Counted from the first letter of the stretch, positions 8,617 to 18,276 are shown. The stretch is 64,000 nucleotides of DNA from Chthoniobacterales bacterium (GCA_036401335.1 DASWVC010000276.1:741-64740), one strand, 5' to 3'. The notes: generated from the letters alone by a model not told the origin. Numbers and translations are program-made.

Positions 8617-9924
8617 ATGAAGATCGGTTTCATCAGCCTTCCCGTTCCAGGTCACTTTAATCCCATGAGCACCCTGGCGCGTCAGCTTCAAGCGCGCCGC
8701 CATGAAGTCGTCCTGTTCTCTCTGCCCATGGTCGAGCCACTCGCCCGCGCGGCCAACTTGCCGTTCGTCCCTTTTGGAGAACGTGAATTTCCCAAAGACC
8801 AGACCAGCAAAACCATGATTGAACCTTTGAGCAAGTTAAAGGGAGAAGAAGCGCTTCGATACACGATTGGCGCCATCGCTGCGATCAACCAGGTAAAGTG
8901 GAAAGAGTTGCCGAAACGCCTGGCTTCCGCCGGCGTTGACGCTCTGGTGCTGGATAACTACGATTTCTACGGCGAGATTGTCCCGATGCGTCTTGGCCTG
9001 CCTTATGCCACCATGTCGAACGCGCTTCATTTCGATTATTCGGGGCACACCCCCCTGTGCGTTTACGGTTGGGCTCACCAGAATACGCCTGAGGCCCGAG
9101 ACCGAAACCGTGGCGGCGTCGCGAGGTTCACCCGGATGCTGATGCGCAGCAACGCCGCGCTGATCGCCGAGGCAGAGAACGCGGGCATCCACGCGAATTG
9201 GATGGACCCCTCCTCCCTTTTCTCGGATCTCCCGTGGATCACTCAGTGCCCTCAGGAATTTGACTTTCAGAACGCCCACTGGCCGCGGCGATTGCAGCAC
9301 ACGGGTCTTTTCCATGACGGCAAAGGACGTCCCGACCACGGTTTTCCTTGGGAGAAATTGACCGGAGAACCCCTGGTTTATATTTCTATGGGGACCCTCC
9401 AGAACGGGAAGGCGGAGATTTTCGATCACATCGTAACAGCGGCCTCCAAACACAAGGACTTACAGCTGGTCCTTTCCCTGGGTAATGTCCTCCGCCCGGA
9501 ACAAATTGGACCGGTGGCGAACAACACGATCGTCGTCAACCAGGCGCCGCAGTTCGAACTGCTCAAACGCGCCGCGCTGTGTGTTACTCACGCCGGCTTC
9601 AACACCGTGTTGGAAGCCTTGACCCACGGGGTGCCACTCGTCGCGCTTCCGGTAACCAACGATCAGCCGGGCGTCGCGGCACGGATAGCTGCCAAAGGGG
9701 TCGGCACCGTGGCGCCGTTGGATCGTTTGGATGCGTCCTACCTATCAGGGCTCATGGATGAGGTGCTGTACGATCCCAGCTATCGGGACAATGCGCGTTC
9801 TGTCCAGGACGTCATGGCGAAGCGGAACGGACTCTCGGCCGCAGCGGACCGGTTGGAGGAAGCTCTTGGCGCTTCCATGATGGTCGGAGCACCCGTACAC
9901 CGGACGACTGAACAGGCGCGATAG
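8617..9924 (+). CDS. GT1-family glycosyltransferase (MGT/UDP-glycosyltransferase-like)
   Basis: 435 aa. It has MKIGFISLPVPGHFNPMSTLARQL at the N-terminus and ...VTHAGFNTVLEALTHGVPLVALPVTNDQPGVAARI in the C-terminal donor-binding motif. Confidence 0.85.
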   Translation: MKIGFISLPVPGHFNPMSTLARQLQARRHEVVLFSLPMVEPLARAANLPFVPFGEREFPKDQTSKTMIEPLSKLKGEEALRYTIGAIAAINQVKWKELPKRLASAGVDALVLDNYDFYGEIVPMRLGLPYATMSNALHFDYSGHTPLCVYGWAHQNTPEARDRNRGGVARFTRMLMRSNAALIAEAENAGIHANWMDPSSLFSDLPWITQCPQEFDFQNAHWPRRLQHTGLFHDGKGRPDHGFPWEKLTGEPLVYISMGTLQNGKAEIFDHIVTAASKHKDLQLVLSLGNVLRPEQIGPVANNTIVVNQAPQFELLKRAALCVTHAGFNTVLEALTHGVPLVALPVTNDQPGVAARIAAKGVGTVAPLDRLDASYLSGLMDEVLYDPSYRDNARSVQDVMAKRNGLSAAADRLEEALGASMMVGAPVHRTTEQAR

Positions 9925-9995
9925 CGACGCCTAGGAAGCCTGCCAGGCGGTGAACTCCTGACGCGCTTCACTCTACCGGGCGGGCCGGTCCGGCA

Positions 9996-10060
9996 GGGTC
10001 GCGTGTCCCCTCGCGACCTCCTCAAGCGCCCGTGTCCACGTTGCCCGGCGCGGCCGGCAC
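9996..10060 (+). repeat. hairpin repeat, family 2, copy D
   Basis: GGGTCGCGTGTCCCCTCGCGACCTCCTCAAGCGCCC ... GGCCGGCAC. A near-identical unit lies at 62117-62176. It contains the 7-bp inverted repeat GGTCGCG/CGCGACC. Confidence 0.7.
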
Positions 10061-10162
10061 CGATTTCAGCGGCGGCATGATCCGCCGCTGGCTCGATCCG
10101 GATCGTCAAAACGCTCCGTTGACAATCCGCGCCCGGTCGATTCTCATCGGTCATTCCCCGCC

Positions 10163-10801
10163 ATGAGTCTCAGCTTTCAACCAACCGATCTCCTGGAGCG
10201 CGCTCGTCAGGTCGTCGCCGATGAATCTGCCGCCGTTCTGAGCGCTGCTGATTCGATCGACGAAAAATTCGTAGCCGTAGCTCAACTCCTCTTGTCCTGT
10301 TCCGGGAAGATCTTAATCACCGGCAGCGGCACCTCGGGCGCCGTCGCGAGACGCGCTGCGCACCTCTTCTCGGTCGGTGGCACGCCCTCGTTTTACCTTT
10401 CTCCGGATGAGGGTCTCCACGGCGGACTGGGCGTCCTTCGCCAAAACGACCTGATCATCGCGATCTCCAAAGGGGGCGCGTCTGCTGAATTAAATCTCTT
10501 TTGTCGACGAGGCCGCGTCCTCTCCGCAGCCCTGATCGCGATAACGGCCGCGCCGGCATCGGAACTCGCCCAATTGGCCGATCACGTCCTGGAACTCCAT
10601 CTGCCGACCAACGCCGATCTCGGTGCCGTCGTCGCGACTGGAAGTTCGCTGGCTTGTGCGGCGTTGCTGGATGCGCTGGTTGAGGTCACTCGCGCGGCTC
10701 GCGGCTACTCCTGGAGCGACCTGTTGTTCACCCACCCTTCGGGAGCGGTCGGTAAGAATGCGGCTGCCGCGCTGGAACGGCTCGAGCGAGAAGGCAGGTG
10801 A
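10163..10801 (+). CDS. SIS-domain sugar isomerase/phosphosugar-binding protein
   Basis: 212 aa. ...GKILITGSGTSGAVARRAAHLFS...DLIIAISKGGAS...LIAITAAPASELAQLADHVL is the SIS-domain pattern. Confidence 0.8.
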   Translation: MSLSFQPTDLLERARQVVADESAAVLSAADSIDEKFVAVAQLLLSCSGKILITGSGTSGAVARRAAHLFSVGGTPSFYLSPDEGLHGGLGVLRQNDLIIAISKGGASAELNLFCRRGRVLSAALIAITAAPASELAQLADHVLELHLPTNADLGAVVATGSSLACAALLDALVEVTRAARGYSWSDLLFTHPSGAVGKNAAAALERLEREGR

Positions 10802-10803
10802 CC

Positions 10804-12252
10804 ATGGCACGAACCCTGGCGGCCGGCATTGATTCGTCGACCCAGTCCTGTACCGTCGTGTTGCGCCAACTCACCGATGGCCGCGTGGTTGGCGAGGCAC
10901 GCGCGCCGCACCCGCCAACCACACCGCCCCGGAGCGAACAAGATCCTCTTTCCTGGTGGACTGCCTTGCTGAAAGCGTTGCAGCAACTGGGGCCACAGCT
11001 TGATCAGGTTGCCACGTGCTCGGTGGGGGGCCAGGGCCATGGATTGGTCCTGCTTGACGGAACGGACCAACCGCTACGGCCGGCCAAGCTTTGGAATGAC
11101 ACGGAACCTGCACCTGATGCCGCCCGCCTGCGGCAGCTGTTGCCGCCTTGCAACTGGGCGGAACGCACGGGATCTGTTCCCGGACCGGCTTTGACGGTCT
11201 CCAAGCTGGCCTGGACCGAGCGCTGCTACCCGGGTTTGGTCGGCCGGGCGGCCCATGTCCTGCTGCCGTTCGATTACCTCGTTTACCGGCTGAGCGGCCA
11301 CAAAGTCACCGAACGCGGCGGCAGTTCAGGCACCGGCTATTTCAATCCTTTCACGAACCGTTGGGACCTGGACTTGGCACGTCTTGGCGCGCCCAGCCTC
11401 GCCACTGACCAATTGCCAGCGATTGTTGAATCCAATCAAGCTTGCGGCCGGATCGTTGACGGCCCCTTCCCGCAACTGGACGGTGGCGTGGTCGGGGCCG
11501 GGACCGGCGATAACATGGCTGCTGCGCTCGGGTTAGGAGCTGAGGAAGGTGACATTGTGATCTCGCTCGGGACAAGCGGAACCGTTTACGGTGTAACACC
11601 CGTCGGAGTCAAGGACGGGTCGGGTGCAATCAACGGTTACGCGGACGCCACGGGCCGATTCTTACCGATGGTAACGACCCTCAACGCCGCCAAGGTTACT
11701 GATTGTTTTCGCCGGCTCCTCGGGGTGACCGTCGACGAATTCGATGCTTTGGCCCTGGAACCGCGCCGATCAAACCATGCTTTGATCCTGATCCCGTACC
11801 TCGACGGGGAAAGGACCCCTGACTTGCCGAACGCAACCGGGCGCTTATTGAATGTTCGGACCAGTTCGACGCGCGGAGAGGTTGCGCGGGCGGCAGTCGA
11901 AGGCGTGCTTTGCGGGCTCTTGGCCGGATTGGACTGGTTAGCTCACCAGGGAGTGCAGGTTGACCGTCGCTTGATCCTCACGGGCGGTGCGGCACGCTCG
12001 GTCGCTTTCCGCCAAACGTTAGCCGACCTGACCGGCAGCCCGGTCTGGATCTCGCCGCTGGCCGAGACGGCCGCCGCGGGTGCCGCGGTGCAGGCCGCGG
12101 CCGCGCTTGAAGGCGAGCAGGTTGCGAAGGTGGCAAAACGCTGGGCGCCTGAACTACGATTGGGCGCGCAACCCGACCCGGCGTTTCCGCGCGGGTTGGT
12201 CCGCACGCAATACCAGGCCGCAGTGCTCACCCATTTTGGAACCGACGGATGA
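10804..12252 (+). CDS. xylB: FGGY-family carbohydrate kinase, xylulokinase-like
   Basis: ARTLAAGIDSSTQSCTVVL...SVGGQGHGLVLLD...RPAKLWNDTEPA...GAGTGDNMAAALGLG resembles actinobacterial-type XylB. The track start is a GTG at 10798; the ATG at 10804 is preferred. Confidence 0.75.
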   Translation: MARTLAAGIDSSTQSCTVVLRQLTDGRVVGEARAPHPPTTPPRSEQDPLSWWTALLKALQQLGPQLDQVATCSVGGQGHGLVLLDGTDQPLRPAKLWNDTEPAPDAARLRQLLPPCNWAERTGSVPGPALTVSKLAWTERCYPGLVGRAAHVLLPFDYLVYRLSGHKVTERGGSSGTGYFNPFTNRWDLDLARLGAPSLATDQLPAIVESNQACGRIVDGPFPQLDGGVVGAGTGDNMAAALGLGAEEGDIVISLGTSGTVYGVTPVGVKDGSGAINGYADATGRFLPMVTTLNAAKVTDCFRRLLGVTVDEFDALALEPRRSNHALILIPYLDGERTPDLPNATGRLLNVRTSSTRGEVARAAVEGVLCGLLAGLDWLAHQGVQVDRRLILTGGAARSVAFRQTLADLTGSPVWISPLAETAAAGAAVQAAAALEGEQVAKVAKRWAPELRLGAQPDPAFPRGLVRTQYQAAVLTHFGTDG

Positions 12253-12328
12253 CCGCCAGCACCGTCCTGATCCAATCTGGCATCCGGCGCCGGTCAACCC
12301 GGTGCGAATCACTTTGTCCCGGAGGTCC

Positions 12329-13432
12329 ATGTTGCGCCGTCGCAGGTTAGGCGAAGAGATCGGAATCTTTTCGATCTGGCTGCTCGTGTTCGCGATCATG
12401 TGCCTGCTTTCGGATCGTTTTCGCGCCTACAGCAACATCCTGATTCTGCTGCTCAACGGTTCGGTGATCGCCTTTCTGGCCCTTGGGCAGGCGTTCGTTT
12501 TGCTCACGGGCGGGATCGACCTTTCCACTGGTTCCACGGTCGCGATGACCGGCGTGCTTTGCACGGTGATGATGCAACTCGGGTTGCCCTGGTTCCTTGC
12601 CTCCGTGATCGGTCTCGCGTCCGGTGTCCTGCTCGGACTGTTCAACGGCGTGATCATTCATTACGTCAAGGTGCCGGCATTCATCGTGACATTTTCGACC
12701 TACGGCGTGGCGACTTCCGTGCCGATGATCATTGCGGAAGCGCAAAGCATCAGTGTCGCGGACGAACGGTTTTCAGTGATTGGCAACGGCCAGTTTCTAA
12801 CCGTGCCGATGCCGGTGGTCCTGGTTGTGGTCGCCGCCCTGATCGGCTTCTTCGTCCTGCGCCGGACCAGGTTGGGCGTTCACATCTACGCGGTGGGCGG
12901 CAACGCGGAAGCGGCCGGCTTGGCCGGGGTGAACGTGGCCCTGACGACGCTTTCCGTGTATGCCATCAGCGGTTTTTGCGCGGGCATGGGCGGATTGATC
13001 ACGACGTCACGCCTGATGGTTGGTTACCCGTCCGCTGGCACCGGAACCGAGCTGTTTTTCTCAATCGCGGCAGCCGTAGTCGGTGGCGTGAGTTTGTTTG
13101 GCGGGGTCGGTTCGGTTCTGGGCGCGATGTTAGGCGCCCTGCTCATCGCGACGATCTCGAACGGCATGACCCTGTTAAGTGTACCGAGCTTTTGGCAACC
13201 GTTGGTGATCGGACTGATCATCCTTCTCGGGGTAATCATCGATACCTACCGTCGGCGGTTTAGCGAGGTCCGGCGTGCCCTCCAGGTGTTGCGCGAGCGG
13301 GGGGCGGGGAGATCTACCCTGCCCGGTGCCGGCGCGAAGATGGTGGCCGACAACGCCGGTGAACGAAGTGCGTCACCGCCCCCGTTCAAACGTTCTTCGC
13401 CCGACGAAGACGATTCTAGACCGCCACGTTAG
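12329..13432 (+). CDS. CUT2-type (ribose/xylose-like) sugar ABC transporter permease
   Basis: An ATG at 12329 is preceded by GGAGG. The protein is multi-TM, with ...LTGGIDLSTGS...VPAFIVTF...YAVGGNAEAAGLAGVNV...GGVSLFGGVGSV, as in the RbsC/XylH family. It carries a roughly 55-aa charged C-terminal tail. The track ORF start at 12080 lies inside xylB and is rejected. Confidence 0.85.
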   Translation: MLRRRRLGEEIGIFSIWLLVFAIMCLLSDRFRAYSNILILLLNGSVIAFLALGQAFVLLTGGIDLSTGSTVAMTGVLCTVMMQLGLPWFLASVIGLASGVLLGLFNGVIIHYVKVPAFIVTFSTYGVATSVPMIIAEAQSISVADERFSVIGNGQFLTVPMPVVLVVVAALIGFFVLRRTRLGVHIYAVGGNAEAAGLAGVNVALTTLSVYAISGFCAGMGGLITTSRLMVGYPSAGTGTELFFSIAAAVVGGVSLFGGVGSVLGAMLGALLIATISNGMTLLSVPSFWQPLVIGLIILLGVIIDTYRRRFSEVRRALQVLRERGAGRSTLPGAGAKMVADNAGERSASPPPFKRSSPDEDDSRPPR

Positions 13433-13501
13433 CAGAGCGGGATGTGGAAAGAAGCAAATCGAGGTTAACAACCTGACAACAGCAGAAACAAACTAAATAC
13501 T

Positions 13502-14461
13502 ATGAAATCAATGAGATGGGTAACCGCGGTCCTCTGGATCTTACCGCTGTCGGCTGCACTCCGGGCAGCCGACAGCCCGCGTTTGGTGCCGAAATCGTGC
13601 CAGACCGGTACGCCGCTCATCGGTGTGGCTTTGCCGAATACCACGAATCCGTACTACGTGGCGATGCGGCAAGGATTTATCGATGGAGCCAAAGAACTCG
13701 GGTTCCAGGTGAACGTCCAGATCGCGAACGATGACAACGAGGCGCAACTCGCGCAGGTGCAAGGTTTCGTTCAGCAGGGTGTCTGTGCGGTGGCGCTCAA
13801 CGGCGTGAAATCGGGACCCGCCGCGGCCGAAGTCGCCGCCGCTTTTAAAGCGGGCATCCCGGTCTTCACGGTTAACGTGATCGTTTCGGAGAAGGATGTA
13901 ACAGCGCAAAAAGCGGAAATCGTCGATTACGTCGGTGCCGACAATTTTACGGGCGGCAAACAGATCGGCGAGCAGGTGCTCAAAGACTACGGCCCGGACG
14001 CCAAGCTGGTGATCGGGATCGTCACGGAACCGAATGAAATTCCGACGGTTCAGCGGACCAAAGGCTTTAAATCGGCGTTCTCCGGTGATGCCAATGTGAA
14101 GTTCGTCCAGGAAGTAAACGGATTGGTTAAACCAGACGTGAGCCTGCAAAAAACGACCGAAATGCTGCAAGCCCATCCTGACATCAACCTGATCTGGGCG
14201 GATACCGGCCCGGCAGCACAAGGCGCGCTCCGCGCCGTGAAAAGCTTAAAATCGAGCGCCAAGGTGTACGGTTTTGCGATCGCCGATTTTCCGACGGAAG
14301 CACAATATCCGGCCGCGGCGGCGCAGGAACCGTACCAATACGCGAAGATTGTGCTGCAACAGATTCGGGATTACCTCGACGGCAAACCGGTGCCCAAAGA
14401 GGTGCTTCGTCCGCTCAAGATCATCAAGGACGGTAAACCCGCTCCGGGCGAAGTCGGCTAA
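13502..14461 (+). CDS. sugar ABC transporter periplasmic binding protein (RbsB-like)
   Basis: 319 aa with a signal peptide. It reads ...IGVALPNTTNPYYVAMRQGF...QGVCAVALNG...PVFTVN. Confidence 0.85.
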   Translation: MKSMRWVTAVLWILPLSAALRAADSPRLVPKSCQTGTPLIGVALPNTTNPYYVAMRQGFIDGAKELGFQVNVQIANDDNEAQLAQVQGFVQQGVCAVALNGVKSGPAAAEVAAAFKAGIPVFTVNVIVSEKDVTAQKAEIVDYVGADNFTGGKQIGEQVLKDYGPDAKLVIGIVTEPNEIPTVQRTKGFKSAFSGDANVKFVQEVNGLVKPDVSLQKTTEMLQAHPDINLIWADTGPAAQGALRAVKSLKSSAKVYGFAIADFPTEAQYPAAAAQEPYQYAKIVLQQIRDYLDGKPVPKEVLRPLKIIKDGKPAPGEVG

Positions 14462-14483
14462 ACGCGGCAAAGAAACAACCGCT

Positions 14484-16019
14484 GTGGGTACCGCGCCGGA
14501 AAACCGGTTAGAAGCTGTCGACGTCACCAAGGTCTTCGGCGACGTCACGGCGCTGGACCGGGTCTCCTTGCACGTCAGCCCGGGTGAAATCCTCGGGCTG
14601 ATCGGTCACAACGGCGCCGGTAAAAGCACCTTGCTCCGGGTGTTGGCCGGCGTTGTCCGCCCCGAACAGGGCCACTTGAAAATTTCCGGGCAACCGGTCG
14701 CTTTCGCCGGCCCGGCCGACGCCATCAAGTCGGGTATTTCCACGGTGTATCAGGAGTTGTCGCTATTGCCGCAGCTCACCATCGTCGAAAATACTTTTCT
14801 GAGCGCGGAACGGACCAGGGCCGGAGTGCTCCAACGGCGCGCCATGGAACGTGAAACCGCGGTGTTGCTCGAACGCTTCAACCTGCCGTTGGATCCACTG
14901 ATCAAACTCGGCGACCTCAGCATCGCCGCGCGCCAACTTGTCGAGATCGCGGTGGCGGTGCACCGCAAAATGCGATTTCTCTTGTTGGACGAACCCACCG
15001 CGTCCCTGGAAGTTGCGCAAGTGGACGCGCTCTTTGACCAGTTGCGCAACCTGGCCCGGCGAGAACAGGTCGGAATCCTGTTCATCGGCCACAAACTCAA
15101 CGAAATGCTGGCCGTCTCGGACCGGATCACGGCGTTGATAGACGGCCGTGTTGCACTGAGCCAGCCGGTCCAGTCCGTCACCCGATCCGATCTGATCGCT
15201 GCCATCACCGGCGAATCGGCTGGGTCGGAGACCGGCAGGCGTGCCGGCCCGGCGCCATCGACGGTTGGCCTTGGCCAACGCGACCCCGCGCTCCTGGTTC
15301 ATGGTTTGCAAACCGCCCACCTTTCCAACATCGATCTAACTGCAAGCAGCGGGCGCGTCCTCGGCCTCTACGGTTTGGTCGGCTCGGGCCGTTCGCGGTT
15401 TCTCCGGTCCCTCATTGGCATGGAACCACCGGTGGCCGGCACCGTCCGCCTGTTCGACCGGTTGTACCGCCCGCAGAACCCGCGTGAAGCAGCTCGAGCC
15501 GGCGTTGTCCTGGTCACCGAAGATCGGAAAAAAGACGGTTTCATCCCTCAGCTTGACGCCAAACTGAACGTTGCTTTGCCTGTCGTACACGAGTTCATCC
15601 GGTTCGGCTGGCTGCAACGCGGCCGGTTACGACGCGACACCATTGCCGCACTCCAGAGCCTCGGGGTCAAAGGGAATTGGGACGGCCCCATGGTCCGGCT
15701 TTCGGGCGGGAACCAACAAAAAGTGCTTCTCGCGCGCGCCCTCCGGCAAAAACCAAAACTCCTCTTGCTCGACGAACCCACCAAAGGCGTCGACATCGGT
15801 GCCAAAGGCGAAATCCATCGGATTATCCGCCGACTGGTCGAAGCGAACCCTGATGTCCTGGTCATCGTAGTCTCCAGCGAAGAAGAAGAAATTCTCACCG
15901 TTGCCGACGACGTCGCCATTTTCCGCGCCGGGACCTGTGATGGCACCATCTACGATCCCGCGGCTATCCGGCTTCGCGACGGTACGCTGCGGGCCCTTGC
16001 CTGGAACCCTGAGTCGTAG
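14484..16019 (+). CDS. sugar ABC transporter ATP-binding protein with two ABC cassettes (RbsA-like)
   Basis: Walker A GHNGAGKST, plus a second LYGLVGSGRS. Signature LSGGNQQKV. Walker B LLLDEPT occurs twice. The proposed start is a GTG at 14484, just after the binding-protein stop; the track start at 14274 overlaps the upstream gene. Confidence 0.85.
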   Translation: MGTAPENRLEAVDVTKVFGDVTALDRVSLHVSPGEILGLIGHNGAGKSTLLRVLAGVVRPEQGHLKISGQPVAFAGPADAIKSGISTVYQELSLLPQLTIVENTFLSAERTRAGVLQRRAMERETAVLLERFNLPLDPLIKLGDLSIAARQLVEIAVAVHRKMRFLLLDEPTASLEVAQVDALFDQLRNLARREQVGILFIGHKLNEMLAVSDRITALIDGRVALSQPVQSVTRSDLIAAITGESAGSETGRRAGPAPSTVGLGQRDPALLVHGLQTAHLSNIDLTASSGRVLGLYGLVGSGRSRFLRSLIGMEPPVAGTVRLFDRLYRPQNPREAARAGVVLVTEDRKKDGFIPQLDAKLNVALPVVHEFIRFGWLQRGRLRRDTIAALQSLGVKGNWDGPMVRLSGGNQQKVLLARALRQKPKLLLLDEPTKGVDIGAKGEIHRIIRRLVEANPDVLVIVVSSEEEEILTVADDVAIFRAGTCDGTIYDPAAIRLRDGTLRALAWNPES

Positions 16020-16223
16020 CTGCGGAGGCATGGTCAGGCGGCTCACCGTCGTTCCGATCAGCGGCGATTCCTACAACCCGGGGGCGCTTGAGGACAAGCT
16101 CCCCCACCGGGCGGACGTGCGCGACTTTACCCGTTGTTCCAGCCGACACGCCGATACCTTCTTCCCAGGGTCGTACGCGCCAAAATCCCCCAGGGGGGAG
16201 AGGCCATGGCCGCCGAGCCCCGT

Positions 16224-17426
16224 TCAGCTTATCGCGGGCGCGTCTTCTTCCGGCAACACCCGGGCGCCCGGAGCGACGCACTCGGCCCTCGGCACGACGG
16301 TCAGCCGCGGCGGCGCGCCCACGCGGGCTCCGGCGCCGAGCCGAGCTTTCTCGTCCACAATGGCGTGGCGCACTTCCGCACCCGCCTCGATGTGCGCCTC
16401 GTGAAACACGATGGAATCCCGCACCGTCGCGCCCTCCGCGACGCGCACGCCTGGCCCGAGCACGGAGCGTTCCACCCGCCCACGCACCTCGCAGCCGGGT
16501 GAGAGCAAGCTGTTGTCCACCCGTGCGCTGGCGTACACCCGCGCGGGCTGACGCTGTTGACCGGCCGTCAGGATGGGCCAGGCCGGGTCGTCCACGCGCA
16601 AAACCGGCGGGTCCGATAAAAGATCGCGGTGCGCGCGCCAGAAGCTCTCGAGGGTGCCGACGTCCCGCCAGTAGCCCTCGAGCGGGTGAGCGAAGACGCC
16701 CCCACGCTCCACCAACCGGGGCAGGAGCGCGTGCCCGTAGTCCTGCAGCGGTGCCTCGCCCGTTGCCAACTCCTCCAGAGTGGTCACCAGGGAGGGCGCG
16801 TCGAAGAGAAACACTTCCGCGGCCAGCAACTCGCGCCCGGCGGGGTCCGCGGGTTTGTAGGCGAAATCCGTCACCCGACCCGAACCCTCTTCCACCCGCA
16901 GCAGGGAGAATCGGCGGGGGTCTTCCCCTGGAGGCACCCTGGTGCTGACAAGGGTGAGCGCGGGGTTGCCGTAGACCGCATGGGCGTCGAGCAGGTCACG
17001 GAAATCCATCCGGTAGAGGTGGTCGGCGCTGAGAACCAGAAGCAGGTCGGGGGCAAACTGGCGCAAAAGTTCGCGCTGACGCCAGAGCGCATCGGCGTTG
17101 CCCTGGGCAAAGCCGCCTTCGCCTTTTTCCTCGCCCCCGCCGCCCTCTACGCTGGGCGGAAGCACCTGGAGGCCGCCGTGGGTGCGGTCCAAGTCCCAGG
17201 GGCGGCCGTTGGCGAGGTGGTCGTTGAGGGTGTGCAACTCGTATTGCTCCACGACCCAGACGTCGGCCAGCCCGGAGTGCAGGCAGTTGGAAAGCGCGAA
17301 ATCAATGAGCCGATGCGTGCCGCCAAAGGGCATTGCGGGCTTCGCGCGGTCTGCCGTCAACGGCCCAAGCCGGCCACCCTTGCCGCCGGCCAGGATGATG
17401 GCAAGGACCTTCGGGCGGGACTTCAT
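16224..17426 (-). CDS. glgC: glucose-1-phosphate adenylyltransferase
   Basis: MKSRPKVLAIILAGGKGGRLGPLTADRAKPAMPFGGTHRLIDFALSNCLHSG... plus a C-terminal left-handed beta-helix region. The ATG at 17426 is chosen over the track start at 17552. Confidence 0.85.
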   Translation of the reverse strand: MKSRPKVLAIILAGGKGGRLGPLTADRAKPAMPFGGTHRLIDFALSNCLHSGLADVWVVEQYELHTLNDHLANGRPWDLDRTHGGLQVLPPSVEGGGGEEKGEGGFAQGNADALWRQRELLRQFAPDLLLVLSADHLYRMDFRDLLDAHAVYGNPALTLVSTRVPPGEDPRRFSLLRVEEGSGRVTDFAYKPADPAGRELLAAEVFLFDAPSLVTTLEELATGEAPLQDYGHALLPRLVERGGVFAHPLEGYWRDVGTLESFWRAHRDLLSDPPVLRVDDPAWPILTAGQQRQPARVYASARVDNSLLSPGCEVRGRVERSVLGPGVRVAEGATVRDSIVFHEAHIEAGAEVRHAIVDEKARLGAGARVGAPPRLTVVPRAECVAPGARVLPEEDAPAIS

Positions 17427-17767
17427 GGTGTGAATGACGCGGGAGGGTTCGTGCTTGCCATCAGGGGCCATCCCTTTCATTAGCCTAACTTCGCTACGGG
17501 TCGAGCAAGTTCCCCTTGAGAATCCTTCGTTCGCCGCCGCTTTTTTGTACACTGCCCGAGCAGAAAGAAGTACTTACCCTGCAAGGGACGGAGAGGGCGC
17601 CCTAACCAGCGCTAAATAAAAGCATTTCGGCCGTCGCATTCTCATTGCCGTTGCCGCGGCCGCCTAACGGACGAATTTCTGAACGTTCGCGACTTCGTAC
17701 TGCCTTCGTTTTTCGGATCAGTTACATAAATTCCTTATTTCGAGCCACTTACTTTCCTTGTACGTGG

Positions 17768-17784
17768 CTGGCCCGGAAGCTGCA
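17768..17784 (+). promoter_or_regulatory. candidate sigma-54 (-24/-12) promoter upstream of cassette gene A2
   Basis: CTGGCCCGGAAGCTGCA compared with the consensus YTGGCACGrNNNTTGCW. GG (17770-71) and GC (17782-83) have the canonical spacing, and I count two mismatches among the conserved positions. It lies 79 nt upstream of the A2 ATG. A sigma-54 activator gene is present in the window. Confidence 0.4.
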
Positions 17785-17798
17785 TGAAGGAAGGGTCA

Positions 17799-17827
17799 AC
17801 CCCGGTTTGAGGACGAAAAACCGGGGT
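17799..17827 (+). other. 10-bp stem-loop in the predicted A2 5' leader
   Basis: ACCCCGGTTT-gaggacgaa-AAACCGGGGT forms perfect pairing. It sits between the candidate promoter and the A2 start and has no U-tract. Confidence 0.5.
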
Positions 17828-17862
17828 GCCGCGCCCTTAAACTTTCGCAATCACCACCTGAA

Positions 17863-18276
17863 ATGCACTCCACAATCTGGCTGGACTACGAACCGTTGCG
17901 TGATCGGCGCGCCGCGGAGACGCCGGCCTTTGCTCAAAATGGCCACAGACCTTTCCTGGAAAGGGAGCGCCTGACGGTCACCCGCTTGGCCAAGAGGCTC
18001 TCGGTCCTGGCTGCAGCCATGCGCGCACCCACCCACCCCCGAGCCCGCGAGGAGCGAGACAAAGCAGCCGAACCACCCCTCGCCTTGCCTGCGACAACCC
18101 TGGAGGTGTCCGCCAAGATTTCCACCTACTCGGAACTTCAGGCACACGTTCACAGGGCCCTGCGGATCCAGCATCCGGAATGGGTGCAGCCCAACGGGGA
18201 ATCTTCCCTTTGCGACGCCTACGAAGCCCGCCTGGCAGAACTCCTCCATCGCTTCACCCATTCCACCACGCCATGA
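17863..18276 (+). CDS. small conserved hypothetical (cassette gene A2), paralogue of A1
   Basis: 137 aa. The C-terminal core reads ISTYSELQAHVHRALRIQHPEWVQPNGESSLCDAYEARLAELL. The stop overlaps the start of B2 (ATGA). Confidence 0.5.
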   Translation: MHSTIWLDYEPLRDRRAAETPAFAQNGHRPFLERERLTVTRLAKRLSVLAAAMRAPTHPRAREERDKAAEPPLALPATTLEVSAKISTYSELQAHVHRALRIQHPEWVQPNGESSLCDAYEARLAELLHRFTHSTTP

